Below are positions 8,665 through 19,308 of a stretch of DNA of 64,000 nt, in pieces. A program made the translations under genes and the position numbers. The stretch's first letter is position 1; every line of letters starts with the position of its first letter. Origin of the DNA: an uncultured Acidobacteriota bacterium (GTDB lineage Bacteria > Acidobacteriota > Thermoanaerobaculia > Gp7-AA8); assembly GCA_963741955.1 (NCBI GenBank), contig CAVUKB010000007.1, forward strand, positions 1,056,001 through 1,120,000. The letters run 5' to 3'. The notes below the pieces were generated by a model. The model had not been told where the DNA came from and made no database searches. It saw only the letters and a program-made list of their open reading frames with translations.

Positions 8665-11270
8665 AAAGAAGCGACGGTATGGGACGTGACGGATCCAGGC
8701 GCGCCGCGGTTCGTGAAGAAATTCTCCACGGTGACCGGCAACGGTGAAGGCGCGCGCGCAGTTACAAAGACCGATGCTGCCGGGACGGTCGTGGCGATGG
8801 CCGACTATGACCGCAATCTCCGCATCGAGTCCGGCAACGGAATTCTCACCGGCGTACCTGAAACTCTGATCACGTCGAGCCACGCCGCGTCCGGCGGCGG
8901 GTACATGGCGGTCACTTCCGACGGCACGAAATTCTACGCGGCCGAGACGTCGAGCGCCATGGGCGGGCAAACCGTAATTCACAGGTTTGCGCCGGCGACA
9001 GCAGGTGTCGCCCAGGGGTACTACGAAAGCGGATCGACAATCGTTTCGAACGACATGAGAGTGGGCGGGATCCGCTGGGGCGCCGGGTATCTCGCGGTGT
9101 GGGGAGTGGACAACGGCCAATGGGCGGTGCACCTGTGGAACGTCGCGTCCGGAGCATTCGACGAGATTCCGCTCGGCGCGTTCATCCCGAACTACTATTT
9201 CGCGGCTCCGGCGGGATATGCGCAGCCCGATGGCTACACGCAGAACGTGACTGCGGTGCAGCCGTGGAGTGCCGGCGGCGTCGACTACCTGATGCTCGCC
9301 GACTACGGACTCGGAGACGTCTTCCAGATCCAGGGCGGGAGCAGTATCGAGATCGCCGTCGATCCGGGTGCGTCGCGCGGAACCGTCAATCCCAACGCGC
9401 CCGACGGCGGGACGCAGATCTTTCCCGGCGATCTGGTGACCTTCCGCTCCAGCACCACGGCGAGCACACCTCTGCAACTCGGCTGGAACTTCGGTAACCC
9501 CGAATCGGGCGACGACACCGCGACGGCGATGAGCGGCACGCCCGTGTCGCACCGCTTCGTCGGAATGACCACCGCCGCACAGATCGCGGCGCCGAAAACC
9601 GTCGAGGCGGAGTACGTCGCGGACTTCTCGGTGAACGACAGCACCACCGTCCTTCTCGCCGTTCCCTCTCCACGCATCAGGCTCGCCGGGACCGCGCAAT
9701 TCTTCACCGGAAGCGCCACCGCAGACGCGTTGTTCGGCGACCGATGGACCGATGCGTCCGACGGCGTGATCGAAGGACACTACGACCTCTGGACGGTCGA
9801 CGGGATTGCGACCATGGCGTCGCCGGACGTCACCATCCCGGTCGGCGCGTGCGGAGATCACACGCTCGCATTTGCCGCGAAATACGGCGCGTACACCGGT
9901 TCCGGCACGTCCGTTACGCCTTCCGGAAACTCCTACGCTGCGCCGATCAAAGGAGTCACGTGCCGGGTTCGCCCCTTCACGCCCGCGATGTCCGTCTCGG
10001 TCTCCGGCTCCACGGTCACGTTCAGCGATGCGACGCGGTATTCGTCGACGCTCTTTCCGAATGGGGCGAATGCAACGCTCACATGGGAACTGAAGAACGC
10101 GTCCGGTACGGTGACGCAGAACGGTGCCGGGAGCACATTCATCGTCTCGCCTCTCCCCGCGGGGGGAAGCAGCGTCGTTCTCACCGTCTCGGTCAGCGAC
10201 GCCGTCGACGATGCGTCCTGCGCCTCCATGAGCACGGCGTCGGTCACGTACCCGATCGTCGTCCCGGATCCTTCGATCGGCACCAGCGGTTGCTCGACAG
10301 CCCAGGGACCCTGCACCATCGCTGCAGTCTCGAAGAGTGGTGCCGACCAAAGCGCGTGGACGTACGAGTGGACGGTGAGTGGAATCACTCAGCCACAGAC
10401 CACGCAGACCGTCGACGCTCAGAAGGGTGGGTGGTTTCCCGCGGGAGGATCGTATCCGGTCACAGTGAGTGTCAGAGACGGCGCGACATCGCTCAGCGGA
10501 ACGACTCAGGTCGTGCTGACCGTCGGCAGTGTCTGTGCCGGAAAGCCCTCCGGCGTGAGTATCGCGTTCAGTGGAAGCGCGGGCTGCAGCCAGGGTGCAC
10601 CTTGCGCGATCGGTGAAGTGGTCGCCTTCACCGCGAAAGCGAACGGGTATGCGTTTCAGAATTGCGACTCGTTTACCTGGAACTTCGGCGATGGCCAGAC
10701 CGGAACCGGAGCTTCCGTGACGCATCAGTTCACGAGCAGCAACACCCGGACCGTGACACTCACGGTGTCGAATTCCAACGGAAGCGCGACGGCCACCACC
10801 GTCGTCTACATTTCCGGGACCGCCATTCAGCCGGCCACGAATCTCGGCATCTCGACTGACGTCGAAAATCCTCTCGTCGGTCAGACGATCACGTTCACCG
10901 GGCGGGCCGATTCAGCGACCGCCATCCAACAGTGGCACTGGGACTTCGGCGACGGCACGGTGGGCACCGGTCGGACGGCCACTCACAGCTTCGCCGTGGC
11001 GAAGAGCTACACCGTTACGCTGACCGTCGACAACGGAACCGTGAGTGCACCGGTCGGAAAGAGCATCACCGTCACCGCCGAAAAGCCGTTCGCCTTCCTC
11101 CTGCCGGTCGTCGCGCATCTCGACGGGCAGAACGCGAGTCACTGGAGAACCGATCTCTTCGTCTACAACCCCGAGAACAGCGCGATCGATCTGCAGTTCG
11201 TATACGAGGGACACACCGTAACGCGAGCAGTGACCTCCACGGCGATCTTCGACGACCTGCTCGGAAATGT

Positions 11271-12854
11271 GGATCTCCTAACAGGTGTGTAGCAGAGTTC
11301 ATAGGCCGAGAGGATGGAATGCGATTGCTGACGTACAGAGGAACGCCATTGCGATCAGAGCTTCCGCGGTGTGAAAGCCGAAAGCGCGGTGACTGAGCAT
11401 TCGGATCTTGTTGTTGCAGCCTTCAGCAACTGCATTCGTGAGTCGATACTCGAAGTAACGGCGGATGCCAGGCCATTTCGCCGCGACGGTTCGCGCGAAG
11501 CGAACGAGGGGTTGAATGCGGCTATGAACCGCGGACTGATACCAGCGCTTGAACCGTCGATCAGCTTGGCGGACGGACGAGGAGTCATAGATGTCCTGAA
11601 AGGATTCCTTGACCAGGTAACTGCGAAAGAGGGTGTGATTCATCCGCGCGAGCTCCGAGAGTTTCGCCTCCTCGGCATCACGCAGGTTCCAGGGGTTCTT
11701 CAGGAGGACGAACCGAGTGGATTTGAGAGCGGAGCGCTCCTCGCCGGTGGCCTTTCGCATCTCGTCCCGCCTCACCTGATCGATCGCATTCCCGAGGAGT
11801 TGGACCACGTGGAACCGATCGAAAACGACTTCGGCGTTCGGCAGTCGGTCGCGAACAGCTTTCTCGAAGGCCGCGCTCATGTCGATGCTCACCAGACGGA
11901 TTCGCGCGCAGCGCTCGGGGCCGAGCAGATCGAACAGCCCGTCGAGAACCTCTGCACTTTTACCCTTCGCCGCCCAGATCATCTGCCCGGTCTCGTGGTT
12001 CGTGACCACGGTCATGAACTTCTTCGGCCGCCCCCAGCAGATCTCGTCGATGCCGATCCGGGTCAGATTCTCGAGCGCGTTCGGGTCGCGTTTTTCGGCA
12101 ACCACTCGAGCGGCGATCCGTCCGGCCGTGAGCCAGCTGACCTTGAAGTACGCCGAGACCGCGGTTTGATTGGATCGCTGCAGAAACCAGGCAAGCTCGT
12201 CTTCGAACGCGCGGGTGAACATCGAACCAGGCCGTGCCCACGGAACCGCGGCCGTTCGCACCCCGCAGCGGCGGCAACGCACCCGCGGCAGATCCGCCCG
12301 CAGCATCACCCGGCATCCCCAGAGGCCGAGATGACGCCATTCGCGATGCTTCATCACCGTTCCGTGAAGCTCGGGAGCAACCCGTCCGCACCCTCCGCAC
12401 CGCGGACGTCTCCACGTTGGACTCACGTCGAGATAGAGACTCCGAGCTTCGAACCGAACCCCGCGAACCGTTACGTTTGCCATGTTGAGCAACTTCCGGA
12501 ACAATGTCGTCAGGCGCACCGTGCCTGTCCTCCCCGTGTCTTGGTTTCATCGACTACAGACTACGGGAAATGGGCAGCACGGTTCGCCGATTCCAACCTG
12601 CTATCGCTGCTTCGATCTTCACCTCTCCACGAGCAGCGACTTTCGGGGCTCCTTCAGATCCTTCCGCGACGGCGGGGCAAGTTGTGGGAACGGCGGAAAA
12701 CGCGGCGGCCGGGTGGCGGCGTTTTCCGCGGTTTCCACAACTTCGCTTTCCGAACGCTTCGGCGAACACCGACTTGCTCCTCGAAAACAGCCGCGTCGCC
12801 GTTCCTGCATGCCTCCGACAATCATTCCGCACCTACACACCTGTTAGGAGAACC
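11271..12854 (-). mobile_element. ISL3-family insertion sequence, copy 2 (inverted)
   Basis: Same IRs. TSD GGAAATGT (11263-11270, 12855-12862). One synonymous difference seen at 11830. Confidence 0.97.
11299..12519 (-). CDS. ISL3-family transposase
   Basis: Protein identical to 7416-8636. Confidence 0.95.
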   Translation of the reverse strand: MRLTTLFRKLLNMANVTVRGVRFEARSLYLDVSPTWRRPRCGGCGRVAPELHGTVMKHREWRHLGLWGCRVMLRADLPRVRCRRCGVRTAAVPWARPGSMFTRAFEDELAWFLQRSNQTAVSAYFKVSWLTAGRIAARVVAEKRDPNALENLTRIGIDEICWGRPKKFMTVVTNHETGQMIWAAKGKSAEVLDGLFDLLGPERCARIRLVSIDMSAAFEKAVRDRLPNAEVVFDRFHVVQLLGNAIDQVRRDEMRKATGEERSALKSTRFVLLKNPWNLRDAEEAKLSELARMNHTLFRSYLVKESFQDIYDSSSVRQADRRFKRWYQSAVHSRIQPLVRFARTVAAKWPGIRRYFEYRLTNAVAEGCNNKIRMLSHRAFGFHTAEALIAMAFLCTSAIAFHPLGL

Positions 12855-14199
12855 GGAAATGTTCTGCAGGCCGGAAACGAAGCCGGGCCGGTGATCGTCC
12901 GTGGTGCCGCCGTCTCGCCGCCACGGATATGGAGCCGAACGTACACCGTGAGCGGGAGCGGCGCCGGGACGTACGGCCAGCTGATCCCGGCGATTCCGCT
13001 CGAGGCAGCTGCGAGCACTTCTGCCGATGTGGCGACGTATGCGATCCCGGGGCTGGAGATATCTCCGTCGTCTCGAACGAACCTCGGCCTGGTCAACCCG
13101 GCCGGGTCCGATGCGACCATCACCGTCACGGCTCTGGGCGCCGCGCAGGGATCCGTTCTCGGCAGCTTCGACGTCGCGCTCTCCTCCATGCAATTCACAC
13201 AGATCGGAGATCTCTCCCAGCGGATCCCGGCGCTCGCCGGCGGCGCTCACTTCACTCTCGTCCTTACCAGCTCTGCCGGCCGGCTCGTCGCGTACGCGTC
13301 GAGCGTCGATCAGATCAGCAACGATCCGGTCTATCAGGCCGCCGTCCCCCTGCAGGACACCACCGCGCCGGTGCTGAAGGTCCAGCGCGTTCCGGTGGCG
13401 CATTTCCAGAGCTGGCGCAGTGACGTCGTCGTCTTCAACCCGTCCTCCATGGAAATGGCGGTGGATCTAACGTACTTCGACGGGAGTGGTACGAAACGGG
13501 CGGAAGCGAAAAATCTGGTGGTGGGGGCGAGCTCGTTCGTTCGAATGGCGGACGTGCTCCGAAATGCTGCTCTGACCCCTTCCATGAACGTAGACTCGAT
13601 CGGTACGCTCGAGATCCGGGCCACGACCGACGGTGTGGATCGGTATCCGGTGGTCTTCTCTCGCACCTACAACGAACAGGGAGTCGCCGGAACGTATGGG
13701 CAGGGGATTCCCGGAATTGCGGTGGCGGCGCCGAACGTCCGGAGCGGCGAGCCGGCGGTGATTCCGGCAGTCCGCGCGGATGCCGGCTATTACACGAACG
13801 TAGGGTTGGTGAACACGAGCGCAACGCCTGCACGGGTGAGGGTCACCCTCCTCAGCGCCGACGACGGCACTCCGGTCGCGACCTGGGAGCGGACGGATCC
13901 GGCCGGCATGCCACTTCCGCTTCAGCCGAACGAGTCGACCATCGTGACGGACGTATTCAAGGCGATGCAGACGTCGGCCGTCACCGGTTCATTGAAGATC
14001 GAGCTTCTCTCCGGCGACGGCGTCTGGGCCTACGCCTCGGTGATCGACAGGATCACTCACGACCCCGGCTACGTGCCTGCGATCCCGCTCCACTGAAGAC
14101 GTTCGGCTGTGTCGAAGGGAGAGCCGGCGAGGTCGGATCACCCGTCGGGATGTCCGGGGCGTCACCGGCTGTCACCCGCGCCCACCCTCCACCCGCACG

Positions 14200-15560
14200 C
14201 ATCGCTCCCCGGCAGGATGCCGGGGAGCCTCGCGCGGGACGCGCGACCCACCTTGTGGGTTGGACGTCTCGTCCGATGCAGGGCGGCGTCCCGCGCCGGC
14301 CTGCCCGGTGCGAGGAGCGTTCTGTTGAATGTCGTCTCCGCGGCCCCTTCCGGGCTCGTCGTGGTATCGGAATGACGTTCGAGAGAGCCATCCCGGTGCG
14401 GGAGGGTGGAAACGGCGTTGCTGCAAGTGGCGCAGGACGGGCTCGGGGCCGGCATCGCTCCCCGGCAGGATGCCGGGGAGCCTCGCGCGGGACGCGCGAC
14501 CCACTGTGTGGGTTGGACGTCTCGTCCGATGCGGGGCGGCGTCCCGCGCCGGCCTGCGCGGTGCGAGATGCGTTCTGTTGAATGTCGTTTCCGCGAGCCC
14601 TTCCGGGCTCGTCGTGGTGTCGGAATGACGTTCGAGAGAGCCATCCCGGTGCGGGAGGGTGGAAACGGCGTTGCTGCAAGTGGCGCAGGACGGGCTCGGG
14701 GCCGGCATCGCTCCCCGGCAGGATGCCGGGGAGCCTCGCGCGGGACGCGCGACCCACTTTGTGGGTTGGACGTCTCGTCCGATGCAGGGCGGCGTCCCGC
14801 GCCGGCCTGCGCGGTGCGAGATGCGTTCTGTTGAATGTCGTTTCCGCGAGCCCTTCCGGGCTCGTCGTGGTGTCGGAATGACGTTCGAGAGAGCCATCCC
14901 GGTGCGGGAGGGTGGAAACGGCGTTGCTGCAAGTGGCGCAGGACGGGCTCGGGGCCGGCATCGCTCCCCGGCAGGATGCCGGGGAGCCTCGCGCGGGACG
15001 CGCGACCCACTTTGTGGGTTGGACGTCTCGTCCGATGCAGGGCGGCGTCCCGCGCCGGCCTGCGCGGTGCGAGATGCGTTCTGTTGAATGTCGTTTCCGC
15101 GAGCCCTTCGGGCTCGTCGTGGTGTCGGAATGACGTTCGAGAGAGCCATCCCGGCGCGGGAGGGTGGAAACGGCGTTGCTGCAAGTGGCGAAGGACGGGC
15201 TCGGGGCCGGCATCGCTCCCCGGCAGGATGCCGGGGAGCCTCGCGCGGGACGCGCGACCCACTTTGTGGGTTGGACGTCTCGTCCGAGGCAGGGCGGCGT
15301 CCCGCGCCGGCCTGCGCGGTGCGAGGCGCGTTCTGTTTAATGTCGTCTCCGCGGCCCCTTCGGGCTCGTCGTGGTGTCGGAATGACGTTCGAGAGAGCCA
15401 TCCCGGTGCGGGAGGGTGGAAACGGCGTTGCTGCAAGTGGCGCAGGACGGGCTCGGGGCCGGCATCGCTCCCCGGCAGGATGCCGGGGAGCCTCGCGCGG
15501 GACGCGCGACCCACTTTGTGGGTTGGACGTCTCGTCCGATGCAGGGCGGCGTCCCGCGCC
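14200..15560. repeat. Tandem array of ~5.4 units of 252-253 bp (REP/BIME-like) between convergent genes
   Basis: GTGGGTTGGACGTCTCGTCCGA at 14255, 14508, 14761, 15014, 15266, 15518, back-to-back with an inverted GTGGGTCGCGCGTCCCGCGCGA. Hairpin GCTCCCCGGCA-GGA-TGCCGGGGAGC in each unit. Confidence 0.95.
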
Positions 15561-15578
15561 CGTTTTTTCAAGTCCGCG

Positions 15579-17216
15579 CTACGAACCGAAGCGTTTGACC
15601 AGCAGGAAGCCCGTCCCCGCGAGCAGGAGCAGGAGTACTCCAAGTCCCAGCGAATCCAGCGTCGGAATGCCCTTGGTGATGGTCATCGTATAGGTACGTG
15701 CACCTTCGCACCCGACCGAATCGGTTGCGGTGATAGTGAACGTGAAAGCTCCCGAATTCGTCGGCGTGCCGGATAAGGTGCCGCTGGACGACAGGCCGAG
15801 TCCTGCCGGAAGAGCTCCGGACGTCACACCGAATGTATAGGCCGGTGTTCCCCCGCTTGCCGTGATCGTCTGGCTGTAGGTGACGCCCGACGTGGGTGGA
15901 GCAAGCGTCGTGGGCCCGACGGTGATGAGCGGGCAGGTGCCGAGAGCCGTATATATCCGGCTTCCGATGCACCCATTACTATCAGTGGCCGTGAGAGTGA
16001 AGGTGAAGCTGCCGGACTGCGATGGAGTTCCGGAGATATCGACCGTGGTGGCTGTCGGCGACGACAGGCTGAGACCCGTCAGGAGAGCCCCGGATGTGAT
16101 GGTGAACGTGTAGGGCGCCGTTCCCCCGCTTGCCGTGATCGTCTGGGGTCCGTACGGGACGCCCGCGGTCGCTGCAGGAAGGGCCAATGGCGAGAGCGCG
16201 ATGGCTGGACAACCACCGATGATGTCCGGATTGATGATGATCGTGTTGACCTGGCTACCGAAACAGCCGTTCGAGTCGGTCGCCCGCACGGTGAACGTGA
16301 ACGTGCCCGTGGCGGTTGGCGTCCCCGCGATGCTGCCGCTGGTCGCGAGAGTGAGCCCCGCCGGGAGTGAACCTGAAACGATGGTGTAAGTGTAAGGCCC
16401 CGATCCTCCGGTTGCAGTGATCGTCGCACCGGCATAGGGACTATTGACGATCCCATTCGGGAGCGGATCCGGCGTGGAAGAGAGCGTGATCACAGGGCAG
16501 GAAGCACAGACGGCGACACCACTCGTGTCGAGAGTCACCGCTCCGTTGCGCGCCAGAAGCCGGCCGGATGCATTCGCTCCGGTGTTCAGCGTGATGCTCG
16601 TGAGCGCAAGGATGTTGCCGGCGAACTGCGTGGTGGTGCCGAGTGTAGCGGAACTGCCCACCTGCCAATAGACGTTGCAGGCGTTGCCACCGTTGATGAC
16701 GCTGACGGTCGAGTTGCTCGCCGTCGTCAATGTGCTGCCGATCTGGAAAACCCAGACTGCAGCGGAGTCGCCCTGCGCATCGAGGGTAAGGGTGCCGGTC
16801 AATCCCATCGACGTCGCAGAACAGTAGACCCCGGGTGTGAGCGTAGTTCCACCGAGATCCGCCGAGATCGTCGCGTCGCACGCCTGGCCTGCGAGGTCGT
16901 TGTACGCGGCCGTGACGTCGCTCTGGGCGCCGAGTGCCACTGCGTCGGCGAAGTGCGTCGTTCCTCCCACGACCAGTCCGGGTCCCGGAGGAGAAGAGAA
17001 GCTGAATCCGGTGACCGAGCTCGCACCATTCGGTGAGATGCCGAGATCCCCCGTGACGACGGTCGGGCCTGTATTGGTCACCGCCGAGGCTCCCAGCACA
17101 CTGAAGCTCGCCGCGGTACCCAGGGGGGGCGCCGTCGCCGCCGGCGCGTGCGAGGGAAGGAATAGAAGCGTGGCGAACGCTCCGCTGATCACCATGTTCC
17201 GAACGCTCTGCTTCAT
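15579..17216 (-). CDS. Ice-binding (DUF3494) protein with Ig-like (He_PIG-type) repeats and IPTL-CTERM sorting signal
   Basis: GGAGG SD and MKQSVRN signal peptide. LGTAASFSVLG, TLTPGVY, LTLDAQGD..WVFQIG and NVYWQVGSSATLG are typical DUF3494 motifs. Three ITAxGGxxPYTF/Y..GxLPAGL-type repeats. C-terminus IPTLDSLGLGVLLLLLAGTGFLLVKR. Confidence 0.9.
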   Translation of the reverse strand: MKQSVRNMVISGAFATLLFLPSHAPAATAPPLGTAASFSVLGASAVTNTGPTVVTGDLGISPNGASSVTGFSFSSPPGPGLVVGGTTHFADAVALGAQSDVTAAYNDLAGQACDATISADLGGTTLTPGVYCSATSMGLTGTLTLDAQGDSAAVWVFQIGSTLTTASNSTVSVINGGNACNVYWQVGSSATLGTTTQFAGNILALTSITLNTGANASGRLLARNGAVTLDTSGVAVCASCPVITLSSTPDPLPNGIVNSPYAGATITATGGSGPYTYTIVSGSLPAGLTLATSGSIAGTPTATGTFTFTVRATDSNGCFGSQVNTIIINPDIIGGCPAIALSPLALPAATAGVPYGPQTITASGGTAPYTFTITSGALLTGLSLSSPTATTVDISGTPSQSGSFTFTLTATDSNGCIGSRIYTALGTCPLITVGPTTLAPPTSGVTYSQTITASGGTPAYTFGVTSGALPAGLGLSSSGTLSGTPTNSGAFTFTITATDSVGCEGARTYTMTITKGIPTLDSLGLGVLLLLLAGTGFLLVKRFGS

Positions 17217-17346
17217 CGCGAATGCTCCTCCGGGAGAGGGCCCTGTGAGTCCGCTCCTCGTGTCGATAACACAATGACGGAATTCAGAGGACGATCCCGT
17301 GAACGGCACCGTGACCTCTCCTCTGTTACCGAAACGGCAATGGCGA

Positions 17347-17411
17347 AGGTTAATCGGTGTGCCTTCCAATGAGAAAGCGTATTTTCCACTCATCGTGGAT
17401 TGAGTAGTTTC
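17347..17411 (-). promoter_or_regulatory. Variant regulon promoter P1 (ice-binding gene), distal box disrupted by ISL3
   Basis: Minus strand GTGGAAAATACGC-T-TTCTCA-N17-TAACCT. The distal GTAGTTTC|TAC box is split at the IS junction. Confidence 0.6.
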
Positions 17412-18995
17412 GGTTCTCCTAACAGGTGTGTAGGTGCGGAATGATTGTCGGAGGCATGCAGGAACGGCGACGCGGCTGTTTTCGAGGAGCAAGTCGGTGT
17501 TCGCCGAAGCGTTCGGAAAGCGAAGTTGTGGAAACCGCGGAAAACGCCGCCACCCGGCCGCCGCGTTTTCCGCCGTTCCCACAACTTGCCCCGCCGTCGC
17601 GGAAGGATCTGAAGGAGCCCCGAAAGTCGCTGCTCGTGGAGAGGTGAAGATCGAAGCAGCGATAGCAGGTTGGAATCGGCGAACCGTGCTGCCCATTTCC
17701 CGTAGTCTGTAGTCGATGAAACCAAGACACGGGGAGGACAGGCACGGTGCGCCTGACGACATTGTTCCGGAAGTTGCTCAACATGGCAAACGTAACGGTT
17801 CGCGGGGTTCGGTTCGAAGCTCGGAGTCTCTATCTCGACGTGAGTCCAACGTGGAGACGTCCGCGGTGCGGAGGGTGCGGACGGGTTGCTCCCGAGCTTC
17901 ACGGAACGGTGATGAAGCATCGCGAATGGCGTCATCTCGGCCTCTGGGGATGCCGGGTGATGCTGCGGGCGGATCTGCCGCGGGTGCGTTGCCGCCGCTG
18001 CGGGGTGCGAACGGCCGCGGTTCCGTGGGCACGGCCTGGTTCGATGTTCACCCGCGCGTTCGAAGACGAGCTTGCCTGGTTTCTGCAGCGATCCAATCAA
18101 ACCGCGGTCTCGGCGTACTTCAAGGTCAGCTGGCTCACGGCCGGACGGATCGCCGCTCGAGTGGTTGCCGAAAAACGCGACCCGAACGCGCTCGAGAATC
18201 TGACCCGGATCGGCATCGACGAGATCTGCTGGGGGCGGCCGAAGAAGTTCATGACCGTGGTCACGAACCACGAGACCGGGCAGATGATCTGGGCGGCGAA
18301 GGGTAAAAGTGCAGAGGTTCTCGACGGGCTGTTCGATCTGCTCGGCCCCGAGCGCTGCGCGCGAATCCGTCTGGTGAGCATCGACATGAGCGCGGCCTTC
18401 GAGAAAGCTGTTCGCGACCGACTGCCGAACGCCGAGGTCGTTTTCGATCGGTTCCACGTGGTCCAACTCCTCGGGAATGCGATCGATCAGGTGAGGCGGG
18501 ACGAGATGCGAAAGGCCACCGGCGAGGAGCGCTCCGCTCTCAAATCCACTCGGTTCGTCCTCCTGAAGAACCCCTGGAACCTGCGTGATGCCGAGGAGGC
18601 GAAACTCTCGGAGCTCGCGCGGATGAATCACACCCTCTTTCGCAGTTACCTGGTCAAGGAATCCTTTCAGGACATCTATGACTCCTCGTCCGTCCGCCAA
18701 GCTGATCGACGGTTCAAGCGCTGGTATCAGTCCGCGGTTCATAGCCGCATTCAACCCCTCGTTCGCTTCGCGCGAACCGTCGCGGCGAAATGGCCTGGCA
18801 TCCGCCGTTACTTCGAGTATCGACTCACGAATGCAGTTGCTGAAGGCTGCAACAACAAGATCCGAATGCTCAGTCACCGCGCTTTCGGCTTTCACACCGC
18901 GGAAGCTCTGATCGCAATGGCGTTCCTCTGTACGTCAGCAATCGCATTCCATCCTCTCGGCCTATGAACTCTGCTACACACCTGTTAGGAGATCC
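17412..18995 (+). mobile_element. ISL3-family insertion sequence, copy 3
   Basis: Same IRs. TSD GTAGTTTC (17404-17411, 18996-19003). Confidence 0.97.
17747..18967 (+). CDS. ISL3-family transposase
   Basis: Protein identical to the other copies. Confidence 0.95.
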   Translation: MRLTTLFRKLLNMANVTVRGVRFEARSLYLDVSPTWRRPRCGGCGRVAPELHGTVMKHREWRHLGLWGCRVMLRADLPRVRCRRCGVRTAAVPWARPGSMFTRAFEDELAWFLQRSNQTAVSAYFKVSWLTAGRIAARVVAEKRDPNALENLTRIGIDEICWGRPKKFMTVVTNHETGQMIWAAKGKSAEVLDGLFDLLGPERCARIRLVSIDMSAAFEKAVRDRLPNAEVVFDRFHVVQLLGNAIDQVRRDEMRKATGEERSALKSTRFVLLKNPWNLRDAEEAKLSELARMNHTLFRSYLVKESFQDIYDSSSVRQADRRFKRWYQSAVHSRIQPLVRFARTVAAKWPGIRRYFEYRLTNAVAEGCNNKIRMLSHRAFGFHTAEALIAMAFLCTSAIAFHPLGL

Positions 18996-19308
18996 GTAGT
19001 TTCTACGCTGGGTAGCTGAACTCTTCGTCGGAGAGTCGGGAGTGATGCTCTGACGGGTGGCGGCAGCGACTGTCCCTGGTGGGAATCACGATGCGCACGG
19101 AAGCCGGGTCATCTGTCGAGGCGTCGCGAGCGAACGCCCGAGTCTGCTTGTTCGAATCCGATCGATGTCCGGCGTCGAGAGAGTCCTATATTGGAGGAGT
19201 CCTATATTCGAAAGGGAACAGCCGCCTTCGCAACACGCACATGCGTTCGCGCGCGCGGAGGGTGGTCTCGACGGATGGGCGCCCGGTGGTGTAGCGTGAG
19301 TTCCTCCG

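Larger units (their letters stand above)
6383..14096 (+). pseudogene. Second PKD surface-protein gene, interrupted by two ISL3 copies (segments 6383-7080, 8673-11270, 12863-14096; ~1509 aa when rejoined)
   Basis: GGAGG then TTG start at 6383 gives signal peptide MKQTSLQFLLLVALAAGTVASAAA. Removing each IS plus one TSD restores the frame (SAKEA-TVWDVTDP; DLLGNV-LQAGNEAGP). Colinear with the 2-4429 paralog. Confidence 0.9.

Noticed and set aside
7081-12854. Single composite transposon carrying the PKD middle segment
   Set aside because: Each IS has its own TSD and the middle segment is in frame with both flanks, so these are two separate insertions into a resident gene.
14200-15560. Possible CRISPR array (also 53150-54845)
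   Set aside because: The sequences between repeats are themselves repeated rather than unique spacers, the units are 250-310 bp, and there are no cas genes.
14053-15776. Long ORFs over the repeat arrays (also 52975-55139)
   Set aside because: They are open in many frames, change frame between units and give Arg/Pro/Ala-rich translations, as expected for stop-poor GC-rich repeats.
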